Source of the DNA: Candidatus Latescibacterota bacterium
GTDB taxonomy: Bacteria > Latescibacterota > UBA2968 > UBA8231
Direction of reading: 5' to 3'
Assembly: GCA_965217585.1 (NCBI GenBank)
Contig: OZ244561.1
Span: 3,232,001 to 3,296,000, forward strand
Length of the DNA: 64,000 bases
Shown: one piece after another, positions 9,984 to 20,829 of the stretch
Position numbering within the stretch: the stretch's first letter is position 1
Layout of the letters: every line of letters starts with the position of its first letter
Translations under genes and position numbers: made by a program
The notes under the pieces: model-generated
The model's input: the letters and a program-made list of their open reading frames with translations, nothing else
What the model was told of the DNA's origin: nothing
Databases searched by the model: none

Positions 9984-12686
9984 ATGATATTTTCCAAGCA
10001 GAACGCTGTTTTACTCTCGTTGGTGCTCGCTCTTTCTGTTTCGACAGAATCGATACCTCAAGAGGAATTACCTCCTCCAGGTCACAGGATTCACCGATCT
10101 ATTCCTCCACAGGGTGCCAAGACCCACGTGGTGATTCCAGGGGAACGGTTTCGCGCCAGCGGGTTTAAACGCTGGCTCTACGGCAGCGATTACCGGGACC
10201 TCTGGACCACCCCTATCGAGGTTGCGGTCCTCGACCTCGGCCGTGTAGGAGGTGGCTTGACCCCGCTTCGCACCGGCGGGTTTGGACAGTCCATCTCTCT
10301 GCACTTTACGGGGGAAGATGGCCGCCGCTATACGGTTCGCTCCTTGGATAAAGATCCTACCAAAAGGATATGGGACGAACTTAAGAATACGGTCGTGGAC
10401 GACGTCCTGCAGGACATGATCAGCGCACTTCTACCCACAGCGGGGCTCGTGGTCGATCCGCTGATGGAAGCTACTGGTATCCTCCATGCCAAGCATACAC
10501 TCGTAGTTATTCCAGACGATCCCAGGCTGAAGGATTACCGCGAGGAATTTGCCGGTCTTATAGGCATGCTGCAGGAACATTCTTCTGAAGGGCCGGACGA
10601 TACGCCCGGCTTTGCCGGTTCCCGTAAGATCAGCGGGACGGAGAAGCTGTGGGAGCACTTAGAAAAAACGCCCTGCAACCGCGTCGATGCCCGTGCCTAT
10701 CTAAAGGCGAGACTGATGGATTTTCTCATCAACGACAAGGATCGCCATTACGGCCAGTGGCGATGGGCGCGGTTCCCCGCTGGCGATTGTCATACCTGGG
10801 TTCCAATACCAGAGGATCGCGACCAAGCCTTTATCGACTTCGACGGGTTTGCCATGGCCGTGGCGCGTAGAGGGCTCCCTAGGCAAATCGAGTTCAACGA
10901 CGCGTATCCGAGTCTGGTGGGCCTTTCGATTACGGGTTGGGAGATGGATCGCGAGTTCCTAGTCGAACTGGATAAGACGGTATGGGATTCGGTCGTAACG
11001 GAATTTCACCGGGATCTACCAGACCCGGTCATTGAGGATGCCGTGCGGAAGCTCCCACCGCCGTATTACAAGATCGTTGGGGAAGCGCTTGCCAAGGCAC
11101 TCAAAGCAAGGCGGGACGCATTGCCTAAGTTTGTCAGCCGATACTATGCGTTGATCACCCGCGAGGCCGAAATCCAAGCGACCGATCAGGACGAGTACGC
11201 CCACTGTGAACACCTGCCGAGTGGCGATCTCTTGGTCCGCATCGGTCTAATGGAAGGTCCTGATGGTGGAGCGAGGGAGACGCCCTATTTTCAGCGGACG
11301 TTCCACCCCCAAGAAACCCGGGAAGTCCGCCTATACCTCCGGGGGGGAGCCGACCATGCGGAGATATCAGGGGCCAAGGGACGGATTGCCGTCCGCATCG
11401 ACGGCGGCGGTGGGGACGACACATTCACAAACACATCCCAAGCTAGTGCCGTAAAGACCCGGTTTTATGATTATCGTGGGGAAAATCGGTTCGCCAAAGG
11501 CCAGGGAGCGAAAATCGACGAGCGCCCCTACAAGCGTCCCCCCGCACCCATTCTCCGCGCACGGTATGCACTGGACTGGGGCCTACAGACGATGACTTTC
11601 CCGATTCTTATGGCCAATCCAGATCTGGGTCTGTTCGTAGGCGGTTTCGGTAGCCGGCAGTATTTCGGCTATCGAAAAAACCCTTTCTCTTCGCGTCATT
11701 CCTTCAACGCTGGGCTGGCGAGCCATCGTCTCAAGGCATCTGTTTCCTATACCGGGACCTTCCGCCAACTGCTGCTCGATCTCGACGCGAGAATCCATCT
11801 CAAATACTCCGGCATCCAAGTGATCCGGTTCAACGGGTTCGGTAACACGACGGAGATTCTGGGTCCATCTTCTTTCTATGAGGTGGAGCAAAATCACTTC
11901 GCTTTCGCCCCATCCTTTGAGTTTCGAGCGGAAGAAAATGAAGGACATACGGAAGGTATGGGATCGCTGCGCTCGGCATTAACCATTGGCTTGGGGCCGA
12001 TCATCAAGTATTCAGACACGCCGCTAGGTTCCAATAAGGACAAGTTTATCGGCCATCACCCAGAGTACTACTACGGCACGGATTCCTTCGGCCAAGTAGG
12101 AGCACAGGGCGAAATCGCGTACGACACGCGTAACAATTCAGGATATGCCACTCGGGGAGTTTTAGTCAGGATTGCCGGAGCCGTCTATCCGGGCGTTTGG
12201 GATGTGGAGTCGGCCTTTGGCACCATAGATGGAGAAGCACGCACTTATATGACGGCGCGTATTCCAACTAGCCCGACCCTTGCCTTGCGAGCGGGCGGCA
12301 AGAAAGTGTGGGGAACCTTTCCCTTTCACGAGAGCGCCTTTCTGGGAGGGCCTGGCTTAACCGGCAGCGATGTATCCAACGGCAGTTTACGCGGTTTTCG
12401 GAAAAACCGGTTCGCCGGAGATACCGCACTGTATGGCAATTCCGAACTGCGGCTGGTGCTGGCGAAAATCAAGCTTTTGGTGCCGGGAGAGTTGGGCTTG
12501 TTCAGTGCGGCTGACGCCGGCCGAGTGATTTTTGCCGAAGATCCAGACGATGCCGATACATGGCACACCGGGGTTGGAGGTGGATTGTGGCTGTCTTTTC
12601 TCCAGCGTCGGCAGACCTTGAGCATAGCAGTCGTACAAGGCGATGACTTGACGGGAGTGTATCTGCGCGCTGGTCTCACGTTCTAG
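9984..12686 (+). CDS. Omp85/BamA-TamA-family outer-membrane protein with N-terminal kinase-like domain
   Basis: Signal peptide; GGFGQS loop; D..I.D.DRH..QWRW and DRDQAF; barrel motif LRGFRKNRFAG; terminal Phe. Confidence 0.75.
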   Translation: MIFSKQNAVLLSLVLALSVSTESIPQEELPPPGHRIHRSIPPQGAKTHVVIPGERFRASGFKRWLYGSDYRDLWTTPIEVAVLDLGRVGGGLTPLRTGGFGQSISLHFTGEDGRRYTVRSLDKDPTKRIWDELKNTVVDDVLQDMISALLPTAGLVVDPLMEATGILHAKHTLVVIPDDPRLKDYREEFAGLIGMLQEHSSEGPDDTPGFAGSRKISGTEKLWEHLEKTPCNRVDARAYLKARLMDFLINDKDRHYGQWRWARFPAGDCHTWVPIPEDRDQAFIDFDGFAMAVARRGLPRQIEFNDAYPSLVGLSITGWEMDREFLVELDKTVWDSVVTEFHRDLPDPVIEDAVRKLPPPYYKIVGEALAKALKARRDALPKFVSRYYALITREAEIQATDQDEYAHCEHLPSGDLLVRIGLMEGPDGGARETPYFQRTFHPQETREVRLYLRGGADHAEISGAKGRIAVRIDGGGGDDTFTNTSQASAVKTRFYDYRGENRFAKGQGAKIDERPYKRPPAPILRARYALDWGLQTMTFPILMANPDLGLFVGGFGSRQYFGYRKNPFSSRHSFNAGLASHRLKASVSYTGTFRQLLLDLDARIHLKYSGIQVIRFNGFGNTTEILGPSSFYEVEQNHFAFAPSFEFRAEENEGHTEGMGSLRSALTIGLGPIIKYSDTPLGSNKDKFIGHHPEYYYGTDSFGQVGAQGEIAYDTRNNSGYATRGVLVRIAGAVYPGVWDVESAFGTIDGEARTYMTARIPTSPTLALRAGGKKVWGTFPFHESAFLGGPGLTGSDVSNGSLRGFRKNRFAGDTALYGNSELRLVLAKIKLLVPGELGLFSAADAGRVIFAEDPDDADTWHTGVGGGLWLSFLQRRQTLSIAVVQGDDLTGVYLRAGLTF

Positions 12687-12706
12687 CCAATGAAGGAGGA
12701 TACATA

Positions 12707-13642
12707 ATGCTCAACAACATCATCATACGTCTCGTCATGTACTATGCCGCATGGCTTTTAGCGCTCAGCGGGACTTTTCACCTCTTTCCCCAAATTCTCT
12801 ATCACGTCGCCCAAGAGCGCGAACGCATCGCCGTAGGGAAATCTTTGGAAACCGGGGCTGATGCGGCCATTCCACTTGGGAATATCGAAGAAGGAGTGTT
12901 CCGGCTTGCCGATCCGTCGCACACCATTCCAGTCATACTCGCTTTAGTGCTGGCCTTCGGAGTTACGCTCCCCATTACTTGGGTCTATCGCTGGACGCGG
13001 CCGCGCAAGAAATACAGTCAATCCTTTGCCCATACGTTGCTCGTGATACCTATCTCCATAGCGCTAGTTGTTTTTTTAGTCAAAGGTAGTCTTGCCCTTG
13101 CGTTCAGCTTGGCAGGCATTGTGGCCGCTGTGCGCTTTCGCACCTCACTCGAAGAGACGATGGATGCCGTGTACATGTTTATGGCCATCGGCATAGGGCT
13201 GGCGGCTGGCACCCAGCTTACTACAGTGGCGTACCTCGCATCGTTGATTTTCGTCATCATATCGCTGGGCGTGTGGAAAAGCAATTTTGGCGCGCAGCCG
13301 GCCGTGCTATCCGGCTGGAGCATTGTTAATCCTGAAAAATCGACTCAAGCCTCTGAAGAAAAGGCCGTTGCCACCGAAAAACCCTATAATGCCCAGATCG
13401 AAGTGCATACTACTAAGGCCGATGCGGCTCAAAAAGCAACAGCTCCGATCCTGAAATCCAGTACCAAACGGTGGCAGGTGGCAAATGTGATCAAGAATGC
13501 GGATGGAACGGCCGTCGTCGTGTTTGATGTTTGGTTGAAAAAATCGGTCGATTCGCCCTCCTTAGTACGGGATATTGAAGCAAGCGGAAAAGGCCATATC
13601 AGTAGCGTAATAGTGAAAAAGCAAGACCTCGTAACGGCATAA
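12707..13642 (+). CDS. DUF4956-family membrane protein
   Basis: SLALAFSLAGIVAAVRFR, IGIGLAAG. Confidence 0.85.
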   Translation: MLNNIIIRLVMYYAAWLLALSGTFHLFPQILYHVAQERERIAVGKSLETGADAAIPLGNIEEGVFRLADPSHTIPVILALVLAFGVTLPITWVYRWTRPRKKYSQSFAHTLLVIPISIALVVFLVKGSLALAFSLAGIVAAVRFRTSLEETMDAVYMFMAIGIGLAAGTQLTTVAYLASLIFVIISLGVWKSNFGAQPAVLSGWSIVNPEKSTQASEEKAVATEKPYNAQIEVHTTKADAAQKATAPILKSSTKRWQVANVIKNADGTAVVVFDVWLKKSVDSPSLVRDIEASGKGHISSVIVKKQDLVTA

Positions 13643-13648
13643 TTGCAC

Positions 13649-14620
13649 ATGCAGAATCGCGGCAATAAAGTCCTGCTGGGATTCCTTGGTTTGGGCCTGT
13701 TTGTCTATCTGTTGTCGATGAGCTATGAAGAGAACGCATCGGCGGATTTAGGGGAAGATTCGTCAAACATAGCCCCAGATACGTCGATCGTCCGCCCTTT
13801 GCCAGACACGATGGCGGTAGTACAAAGGAACATATCGCTCGCAAGCTATAGCCTAGCAGCAGAGACGGCGACGCACTGGAAGCTGCCCAGACGTCTTGCG
13901 GAGATTTCTGGTTTGGCCATGACCACGGACAATCGACTCCTAGCGCACAATGATGAAAAAGGAGTCGTTTATGAGATCGATTATCGGAGTGGGTCCATCG
14001 TAAAAGCATTCCAACTAGCGGATATGGCAGCTCCGGTAGCCGATGATTTCGAGGGCATTGCGACCGTTGACGATCAGATCTATTTGGTCACAAGTGCGGG
14101 GAGACTGTACGAGTGCGGTGAAGGTGCTGATGGCGAGTCCGTTCTTTTTAACACCTATGCTACCGGCGTCGGCAGAGAGTGCGAAATAGAGGGTCTAGCG
14201 TATGACGAGAGCCAGCGGGCACTCGTACTGATGTGCAAGAACCCTCGAAGGGCAGATCTAGAAGAACAGTTGGGAATATATCATTGGTCGATTGACGAGA
14301 AGCAGCTAATCGAAGATGCACATACCGTAATACCTGTCATTGAATTCTCGCGGCACATCGGAGGAAAGAAATTCCAGCCCTCTGGCATCGAGCGACATCC
14401 GGTGTCGGGAAACTACTTTGTCGTAGCGGCTCGTCAGGGGGCCATCGCGGAGCTTACGCCGGGCGGTCAGGTCGTTGCCGCCAAGCTGTTTCCTGCCCAG
14501 TGGCATCGTCAGGCGGAAGGGATCACCTTCGCTGCGGACGGCGCGCTGATCGTTGCCGATGAGGGAGCAGGGGGGAAAGCAAGACTAACCCTCTACCCGG
14601 TCTCGGGCAGTCGGCAATAG
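13649..14620 (+). CDS. SdiA-regulated/YjiK-like beta-propeller protein
   Basis: EISGL, HNDE, DFEGIA, IEGLAYD, PSGI, QAEGITF, ADEG repeats. Confidence 0.8.
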   Translation: MQNRGNKVLLGFLGLGLFVYLLSMSYEENASADLGEDSSNIAPDTSIVRPLPDTMAVVQRNISLASYSLAAETATHWKLPRRLAEISGLAMTTDNRLLAHNDEKGVVYEIDYRSGSIVKAFQLADMAAPVADDFEGIATVDDQIYLVTSAGRLYECGEGADGESVLFNTYATGVGRECEIEGLAYDESQRALVLMCKNPRRADLEEQLGIYHWSIDEKQLIEDAHTVIPVIEFSRHIGGKKFQPSGIERHPVSGNYFVVAARQGAIAELTPGGQVVAAKLFPAQWHRQAEGITFAADGALIVADEGAGGKARLTLYPVSGSRQ

Positions 14621-14719
14621 CAACAACTCTACCTTTGCCGCTAGCACCCTTGCGGCAGGCACCGCCCGATCCTACCATACTCTCTATCTAACTTTAACCG
14701 TACTCCCAGATCAGCGACT

Positions 14720-15997
14720 ATGCCCCCAGGCGAAGCCAACTACGACGAAACCAAAGTCCCTCCGTACGCGCTGCCCGACCCGTTGACTCTGGCCAGCGGC
14801 GAACCCGTGGCCGACGCGGCTACTTGGACCGAGGTGCGCCGCCCGGAAATTCTTCAACTCTTCAAAACGCATGTCTTCGGCGAGATGCTCGGTTCCCTAC
14901 CCGCTACCCGTTTCGTCACCACCGAAGAGGGCGAGGCTCTTTCCGGCCGGGCCCTGAGACGCCAAGTCCGCGCGTGCTTCACCGATGACCATAACGGCCC
15001 GAACATGGATATCCTGCTCTATCGCCCCGCCGATGCTGCTGGCCCGGTGCCGGTCTTCTTGGGCCTCAACTTCTTTGGCAATCACTCCATCCAACGCGAT
15101 TTTGCGATCCACCTCAACACCCGCTGGATGCGCGCCGAGGCGCAAAACGGCATCGTCGATCACCGCGCCACCTTCAACTCGCGCGGCTGCCTAGAAAGAC
15201 GCTGGCCCGTCGCCAAAATCATCGCGCGCGGCTACGGCTTGGCCACCATGTACTGCGGCGACCTCGACCCCGACTACGACGACGGCTACCACAACGGCGT
15301 CCACCCGCTCTTCTACCAAGAGGGGCAAAAACGGCCCGTTCCCGACGAATGGGGGGCTATTGGCGCTTGGGCGTGGGGCTTGAGCCGCGCCGTGGATTAT
15401 CTGCAAGCTGATCCGGACTGCGACCACGAGAAGGTCGCCGTGCTCGGCCACTCGCGGCTGGGCAAGACCGCGCTATGGGCCGGGGCCTGCGACCTGCGCT
15501 TTGCCTTGGTCATTTCCAATGATTCCGGCTGCGGTGGGGCGGCCCTCTCGCGGCGGCGCTACGGCGAGACTGTCGCGCATATCAACCGCGCGTTCCCGCA
15601 CTGGTTCTGCGACAATTTCAGACGCTATAACGATGCCGAAGACGAGTTGCCCGTAGATCAGCATCAACTCTTGGCACTTTGCGCGCCGCGTCCTCTCTAC
15701 GTAGCCAGTGCCGTCGAGGACCGCTGGGCCGACCCGCGCGGCGAATTCCTCGCTGCCCTCGCCGCCGATCCCGTCTATCGCCTGCTTGGAACCGACGGCT
15801 TGCCGGCCACGCAGATGCCTGCCGTCGATCAGCCGGTCATGGGCCAGATTGGCTACCACATCCGTAGCGGCGGCCACGACCTCGCCGAGTGCGATTGGGA
15901 GCAGTACTTGGACTTTGCCGACCGCCACTTGGGGAGCCCACGAGGGGTGCCCCTACGTAGCGAAAAACGCTCAATGCAGGTTTTGAGAAAGTTTTAG
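14720..15997 (+). CDS. CE15-family (glucuronoyl/acetylxylan-type) esterase
   Basis: [28 protein letters not shown] nucleophile motif, SGCGGA, LPVDQH, WADPRGE. Confidence 0.88.
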   Translation: MPPGEANYDETKVPPYALPDPLTLASGEPVADAATWTEVRRPEILQLFKTHVFGEMLGSLPATRFVTTEEGEALSGRALRRQVRACFTDDHNGPNMDILLYRPADAAGPVPVFLGLNFFGNHSIQRDFAIHLNTRWMRAEAQNGIVDHRATFNSRGCLERRWPVAKIIARGYGLATMYCGDLDPDYDDGYHNGVHPLFYQEGQKRPVPDEWGAIGAWAWGLSRAVDYLQADPDCDHEKVAVLGHSRLGKTALWAGACDLRFALVISNDSGCGGAALSRRRYGETVAHINRAFPHWFCDNFRRYNDAEDELPVDQHQLLALCAPRPLYVASAVEDRWADPRGEFLAALAADPVYRLLGTDGLPATQMPAVDQPVMGQIGYHIRSGGHDLAECDWEQYLDFADRHLGSPRGVPLRSEKRSMQVLRKF

Positions 15998-16104
15998 ATG
16001 TGCAAATAATCTATCCGCGTAGTTGACCTCCGTATCTCGTACAATCCTCCCAAAACCGCGGCCCGCCACCCCTTTTGGAACCAGAGTGCGCCGCGCTCGT
16101 TGCC
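15948..16104 (+). repeat. Degenerate copy of the upstream region and 5' end of the enolase-superfamily gene at 25761-25918
   Basis: tgcccctacgtag...tttgagaa...gtgcaaata...atccgcgtagttgacctccg...ccaaaaccgcg...cagag.gcgccgcg.tcgttgcc present at both places. Confidence 0.85.
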
Positions 16105-16174
16105 ATAGATGAGACGGCATATACTACATTTACTATATTCACCCCATATTCACCCTCCACTATGAGGAGATTCG

Positions 16175-16381
16175 ATGATGCAATCGAAGGAATTTGGAAG
16201 ACCGAGTTCGCGTGACCAGCGGGTGCGAGGACTGCGGCGAATTCAGGTATGGGTCCCCGAAACCCGGAGCGAGAAGTTCCGGGCTGAGGCCCATTGCCAG
16301 TCGCTCGCAGTGGCGCAAAGCGAGGGCGAACGCGAGGATCAGACCTTCATCGAAGAGATCTCAGACCACGACCTAACATGA
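16175..16381 (+). CDS. MazE-like antitoxin (DUF3018 type)
   Basis: RGLRRIQVWVPETRS..FRAEAH.QS..VA; overlaps toxin start (ATGA). Confidence 0.8.
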   Translation: MMQSKEFGRPSSRDQRVRGLRRIQVWVPETRSEKFRAEAHCQSLAVAQSEGEREDQTFIEEISDHDLT

Positions 16382-16737
16382 AGCGCGGCGAAATTTGGAC
16401 GGTTTCAGCTACCGGCTACGCTGGTAAACCGCGTCCTGCCGTCGTCGTCCAAAGCGATCATTTCGACGCCACCGCGTCGGTGACGATCTGCGTTTTCACT
16501 ACCAACGAAACAGAAGCTCCTCTATTCCGCCTGCCGATCGGCCCAAGCGAGCGCAACGGCCTGCGCTCTGTCTCGCGGCTAATGGTAGATAAGATGACCA
16601 CGGTGTCCAGAGAACGGTTGGGGAGGCGGATCGGCTATCTCGAAGACGCCGATATCGTCCGCTTAAATCGGGCACTCTTGGTATTTCTCGGCTTGATCGC
16701 CGATGACGCGGAGGAAGATGGCACCGACAATAGTTAG
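16378..16737 (+). CDS. mazF: PemK/MazF-family toxin
   Basis: MKRGEIW, GKPRPAVVVQSD, NGL..S.LMVDK. Confidence 0.9.
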   Translation: MKRGEIWTVSATGYAGKPRPAVVVQSDHFDATASVTICVFTTNETEAPLFRLPIGPSERNGLRSVSRLMVDKMTTVSRERLGRRIGYLEDADIVRLNRALLVFLGLIADDAEEDGTDNS

Positions 16738-16790
16738 GTACCGATGGCTTGCCACCGCGCAAATGCCCGCGGTTGAGCAGCCGGAAAATT

Positions 16791-17485
16791 TCACCCGCCG
16801 CCTTCACGGCCTTCATGACTTTCACCGCTTTCGCCGCCTTCACCGCCTTCACCGCCTTCACCCCTGCCTTCGCCACTTGGGCAGTTGCAGTCAAACACCT
16901 CCGGATGGATCTCCCAGGCGTCGAAAGCTACTCCCGCCGCCAGCGGCTCGTCGTCGACCAACAGTTCAGTGATCGCACTGGCACCCGGTGCTAAATCGCC
17001 GACTGGGAACGGTCCCAACTCGACGACCGTGCGCGTGCCCTGCTTGAGGTTGAGTTCGATCTGGACGGAGCAGGCGGTCAGCGCCATCGCGTTCTCGACG
17101 ATGCCCGAGAACGAGCGCCTGACCGGGTCATAGGACATGGCCACGCGCAGGCCGTTGACGACGCCGTCAAACGACTCGTCGAGCGCGAGGATCGGACTCG
17201 ATGGATCGCCTTCACCGCCTTCACCGCCTTCGGCATGGCCGCTAGTCTCATTACCCTCGCCTTCACCACCTTCGCCACCCTCACCACCTTCACCGCCTCC
17301 GTGTTCGCCAGCGCCGACCTCCGCATGGGGTGACCAGCCAGCAAAAGCCTGACCACCGACAGGCAGGGAAACGTATAGCTTCTCACCTGGCGTGAGGCTC
17401 CTCGGCCAAGTGGGTCCCAACTCCGCGATGATCGCGCCGGACTCGTCGGACAGATGCACTTCCACCCGCACCCGGAGTAAAGTTT
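16791..17485 (-). pseudogene. Truncated repeat protein with Gly/Glu-rich (EGG)n linkers, FxLYD-like Ig domains; cut by the IS1595 left end
   Basis: RVRVEVHLS..ELGP..L.PGE..WSPHAEVG and a second similar domain; apparent N-terminus is contributed by the IS end. Confidence 0.6.
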
Positions 17486-17598
17486 GGGAATTATATACCT
17501 GAGTAACCAAAACACCTCCTTTTGTGGTATAACCGCGAGATGGAGTCATCTAGGCTTCACTCTCTTCGCGGCTTATCCCACGTACAGGAGGTGTTTTT

Positions 17599-18543
17599 AT
17601 GACCACGAAGAAAGGGCCGGGCCAGTCCTTTCGCAAGGGGCTTTCCCTGCCCGAATTAGTCCGCATGTTCCCCGACGACGCCACGGCGGAGGCGTGGTTT
17701 GCCGATACGAGATGGCCTAATGGCGTCTTGTGTCCGTACTGCCAGTCTGAGCGCGTGCAGTCTGGCAGTACGCATCCGACTATGCCGTATCGTTGCCGCG
17801 ACTGCCGTAAGTTTTTCAGCGTCCGCACGGGCACCGTCATGGCCGATACCAAGCTAGGGTATCAGACTTGGATATTGGCGATCTACTTATTGACAACGAG
17901 CCTCAAGGGCACGTCGTCGATGAAGCTGCACCGCGACCTAGGTGTCACGCAGAAAACCGCATGGCATCTGGCGCACCGTATTCGCGCTATGTGGCAGAAG
18001 GACGTCGAAGCGCTCCTAGCGGGTCCTGTCGAGGCCGACGAGACCTATATAGGCGGCAAGGAGGCCAACAAGCACGAAAGCAAGAAGCTGCACGCCGGGC
18101 GCGGCACCGTAGGCAAGATCCCTGTAACAGGTCTCAAGGATCGAGTCACTAAGGAAGTACGAGCACAAGTAACCCAGCCCGTCAACCGCGCTAACGTCAA
18201 AGGCTTTGTGGAAGAGAATATGACCTTAGAGTCTATGCTGTACACAGACGAAAGCAGCATCTACGAGGGGTTCCCCAACCATGAAGCCGTCCAGCATAGC
18301 GTCGGCGAATACGTGCGCGATCAAGCCCATACCAACGGCATTGAGTCGTTTTGGGCTTTGCTCAAGCGTGGCTATTACGGCACGTACCACAAGATGAGCG
18401 AGAAGCACCTAGCCCGATATATAGGCGAGTTCGCCGGGCGGCATAATGCACGCGCCGTCGATACCATTCAGCAGATGGCGTTGATGGCGCAAGGGATGCT
18501 GGGAAAGCGGGTGCTCTATCGGGAACTCATAGCGGACGCATAG
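17599..18543 (+). CDS. IS1595-family transposase
   Basis: CPYC...CRDC zinc ribbon, VEADETYIGG, YTDE, HTNGIESFWALLKR. Confidence 0.95.
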   Translation: MTTKKGPGQSFRKGLSLPELVRMFPDDATAEAWFADTRWPNGVLCPYCQSERVQSGSTHPTMPYRCRDCRKFFSVRTGTVMADTKLGYQTWILAIYLLTTSLKGTSSMKLHRDLGVTQKTAWHLAHRIRAMWQKDVEALLAGPVEADETYIGGKEANKHESKKLHAGRGTVGKIPVTGLKDRVTKEVRAQVTQPVNRANVKGFVEENMTLESMLYTDESSIYEGFPNHEAVQHSVGEYVRDQAHTNGIESFWALLKRGYYGTYHKMSEKHLARYIGEFAGRHNARAVDTIQQMALMAQGMLGKRVLYRELIADA

Positions 18544-18545
18544 CG

Positions 18546-18588
18546 AGAAGTGTCCAAGGCTGTTTCAAGTCTTGGACACTTCTTTTTT
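18546..18588 (+). terminator. Intrinsic terminator after transposase
   Basis: agaagtgtccaag / cttggacacttct stem followed by a T run. Confidence 0.7.
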
Positions 18589-18603
18589 AGCTCGCAAAGG
18601 TAG

Positions 18604-18647
18604 GGTTCTGATTTTGTCTTGATCCTAATCTCAGAACCGGGTATACT
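18604..18647 (+). promoter_or_regulatory. Sigma70-like promoter with overlapping inverted repeat
   Basis: TTGATC (18619-24) - 17 bp - TATACT (18642-47); ggttctga...tcagaacc inverted repeat around the -35. Confidence 0.6.
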
Positions 18648-18771
18648 GGCATAGACAGCAGCAACTAATAGGCCCCGCTAGCTCTCCGTTAAGAGAATCA
18701 GCGGGGCACCCCTTTGCCTTAGCGTCTGGCAGGACGCGAAAGGGCTTAGCCATAGAAGAAAGGACCTTCTA

Positions 18772-19068
18772 ATGACTAGTAGTACCTCTAAGTATAACCA
18801 ATCCCTGCAAAAAGAACAGTCCCATTTATCAACAGCTCGGCCTCGGCATCCTTATGCCTTCTGTCAATGTGAAGGCGACGAGTGCGTCGAATGTACGCTA
18901 GAAGAAAGAGAGCAAATAGGCCGAGGTATTGTAGAGTTGGCTGCTTTGAATAAACAGATCCATGCCTATCGCCAATGCTCTCACATCAGGCTTGACAGTA
19001 TACCTGATGTATTTAGCTTGTTCTCCCGTCAACATCCAGACAGGCCCGCTTGTCGGGGGGCTTGCTGA
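18772..19068 (+). CDS. Small Cys-rich hypothetical passenger protein
   Basis: RBS aaagga, downstream of the promoter; CQCEGDECVEC. Confidence 0.4.
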   Translation: MTSSTSKYNQSLQKEQSHLSTARPRHPYAFCQCEGDECVECTLEEREQIGRGIVELAALNKQIHAYRQCSHIRLDSIPDVFSLFSRQHPDRPACRGAC

Positions 19069-19527
19069 ATACAACAGCCAGTAAACGGGCTGGGGTCGCT
19101 CCCCGGCCTAGGTGAATAGGCAAGGACCGTCCCGCAATATACCTGTGTGGATGTTGACAACCGCCCGGCTCCCTCGGCGGGAGGGAGCCAAAACAGTCAA
19201 CGCCTCACAAGGAGACAGCGGGATGGAAAACGCCGAAGAAAAAGGGCTAATCGAGAAGGGCAAAGAGACATCGGAAGAAGCACTGAGCGATGTTCTGGGA
19301 TGGGCACTAGATAAATCCGCGATGGAGCTTGGCCCTATTGATAGTGCCCAAGAAATAGCCGAAGACTTTATCGGTAAGCATAATACAACATATGAAGATG
19401 CCGAGGAGCTCATTAATTGGCAAATAGCAAAATCAGGGGGCATAGGCTTCTTGACTGGCTTACTCGGGCCTATATCCGCTATTGCCGGTATCCCAGCAAG
19501 CCTAGCGGCTGTGACCTTTGTTCAGTT

Positions 19528-20829
19528 AGTTGAATTCGACAGGTAGGTGTATTACGCGGCCTTTCTGTAGGTTCGTTTTTGGTTATGTTCAATCTGTTGT
19601 CGAGCACTCTGCCAAGCAAAATTTCGCTTGAGGGTAAACGCACTCCACGGTCCTTGGTGGGGAATCTCCCGATGCCGAAGATGGATCAAAACCAAGTAGG
19701 CCATAACAGACAACGCGACGGAGCGTTCGACTCGTTGGGTCTGCTTGGTCACCTGGGCTTGTCCTAATCCGGTGGCCCCTTTCAATTCTTTGATGAGCAG
19801 TTCTACGTGCCAGCGGCGGGTATACAGCACGACGAGTTGGCCTGCGGTCACGTCCGGTAGATTGGTCACCAGGATTTTGGTTTGTTTCGGCGAATCGTTG
19901 CGCCGTTTCTTGCTCAAGACCAACGTGACATCTCCGATGTGTCGCAGGCGTTTACGACCGCGGTAGACCCAATAGACCCGCCGACGGGAGCCGTGCGGAC
20001 GAAACCAGATTTTTCGATAACAGGTGTAGCGCGTGTGATTGACCCAATCTTTGAGCGTATGGCCGTCTTCAAACTTCCAGGTGCGGGGCAAACTCATGAC
20101 GAAAAAGAAGCCCCGTTGCTGGATCAAGTGCAGCGTTTCTTTAGCGGGAAACCCGGCATCGGCGACCACGATCACTTGCTGGGCCCAAGCCGGTGGCACC
20201 AAAGCGGCCAGCATCTGACGAAACAACACATTGGGTTTCTGATAGGCCGGGTCTTCTTTACGCCGAACCAACTCGAAATCGATAGGGATTCGATAATTGC
20301 CCCACTGCAGCATGACCAGGATCACTTCAAACCCCCACAGAAAGGGACTATAGCCATCGGCGCGGGCTTTGCGCACCAACGGATGTTTCTTGGCCACCTT
20401 GGCTTTGTAGGTCCCGTCGACGATCACTAACACCCGACCGTCTTCCGCCGGTGGCAGCCCGGCGATCACCGCATCGACCAAGTACCCCAACAGCAACCGC
20501 CAACTCCAGTAGGTCGCATACAGCAACCGACGTAAGTGCCATTCCGCTATATGGTTAGGACCCAGGCGGGCTAAACCACACAGCGTCGCTTTATCTTGAT
20601 AGATTAACAACAGCGTCATACTCCAACAGAACACCAGATGATGGCGATGACGAAAAAAATGTTGAGTCCCACGCAAAAAATAACGAAGGTTGACCGGCAA
20701 GCGAGTTAGTTGCAGCATCGGAGTTTCCCTGGGGTAGATGATCCATGGCGGTGAATCAAGCTATCCCAAAATAGGGAGACTCCGATGCCTGTTCGAGCCT
20801 AAATATCAACCTACCTGTCGAATTCAACT
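19528..20829 (-). mobile_element. IS4-superfamily (IS701-like) element nested in ecsC
   Basis: 21-bp IR agttgaattcgacaggtaggt / acctacctgtcgaattcaact; duplicated target cagtt (5-7 bp, boundary ambiguous). Confidence 0.88.
19552..20718 (-). CDS. DDE transposase (IS4 superfamily/IS701-like)
   Basis: IVDGT, VADAGF, YTRRWHVELLIKELK. Confidence 0.9.
   Translation of the reverse strand: MLQLTRLPVNLRYFLRGTQHFFRHRHHLVFCWSMTLLLIYQDKATLCGLARLGPNHIAEWHLRRLLYATYWSWRLLLGYLVDAVIAGLPPAEDGRVLVIVDGTYKAKVAKKHPLVRKARADGYSPFLWGFEVILVMLQWGNYRIPIDFELVRRKEDPAYQKPNVLFRQMLAALVPPAWAQQVIVVADAGFPAKETLHLIQQRGFFFVMSLPRTWKFEDGHTLKDWVNHTRYTCYRKIWFRPHGSRRRVYWVYRGRKRLRHIGDVTLVLSKKRRNDSPKQTKILVTNLPDVTAGQLVVLYTRRWHVELLIKELKGATGLGQAQVTKQTQRVERSVALSVMAYLVLIHLRHREIPHQGPWSAFTLKRNFAWQSARQQIEHNQKRTYRKAA

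Noticed and set aside
16795-17300. Short tandem ccttcaccg repeats as possible CRISPR or contingency repeat
   Set aside because: They encode (EGG)n linkers; no repeat-spacer structure and no cas genes
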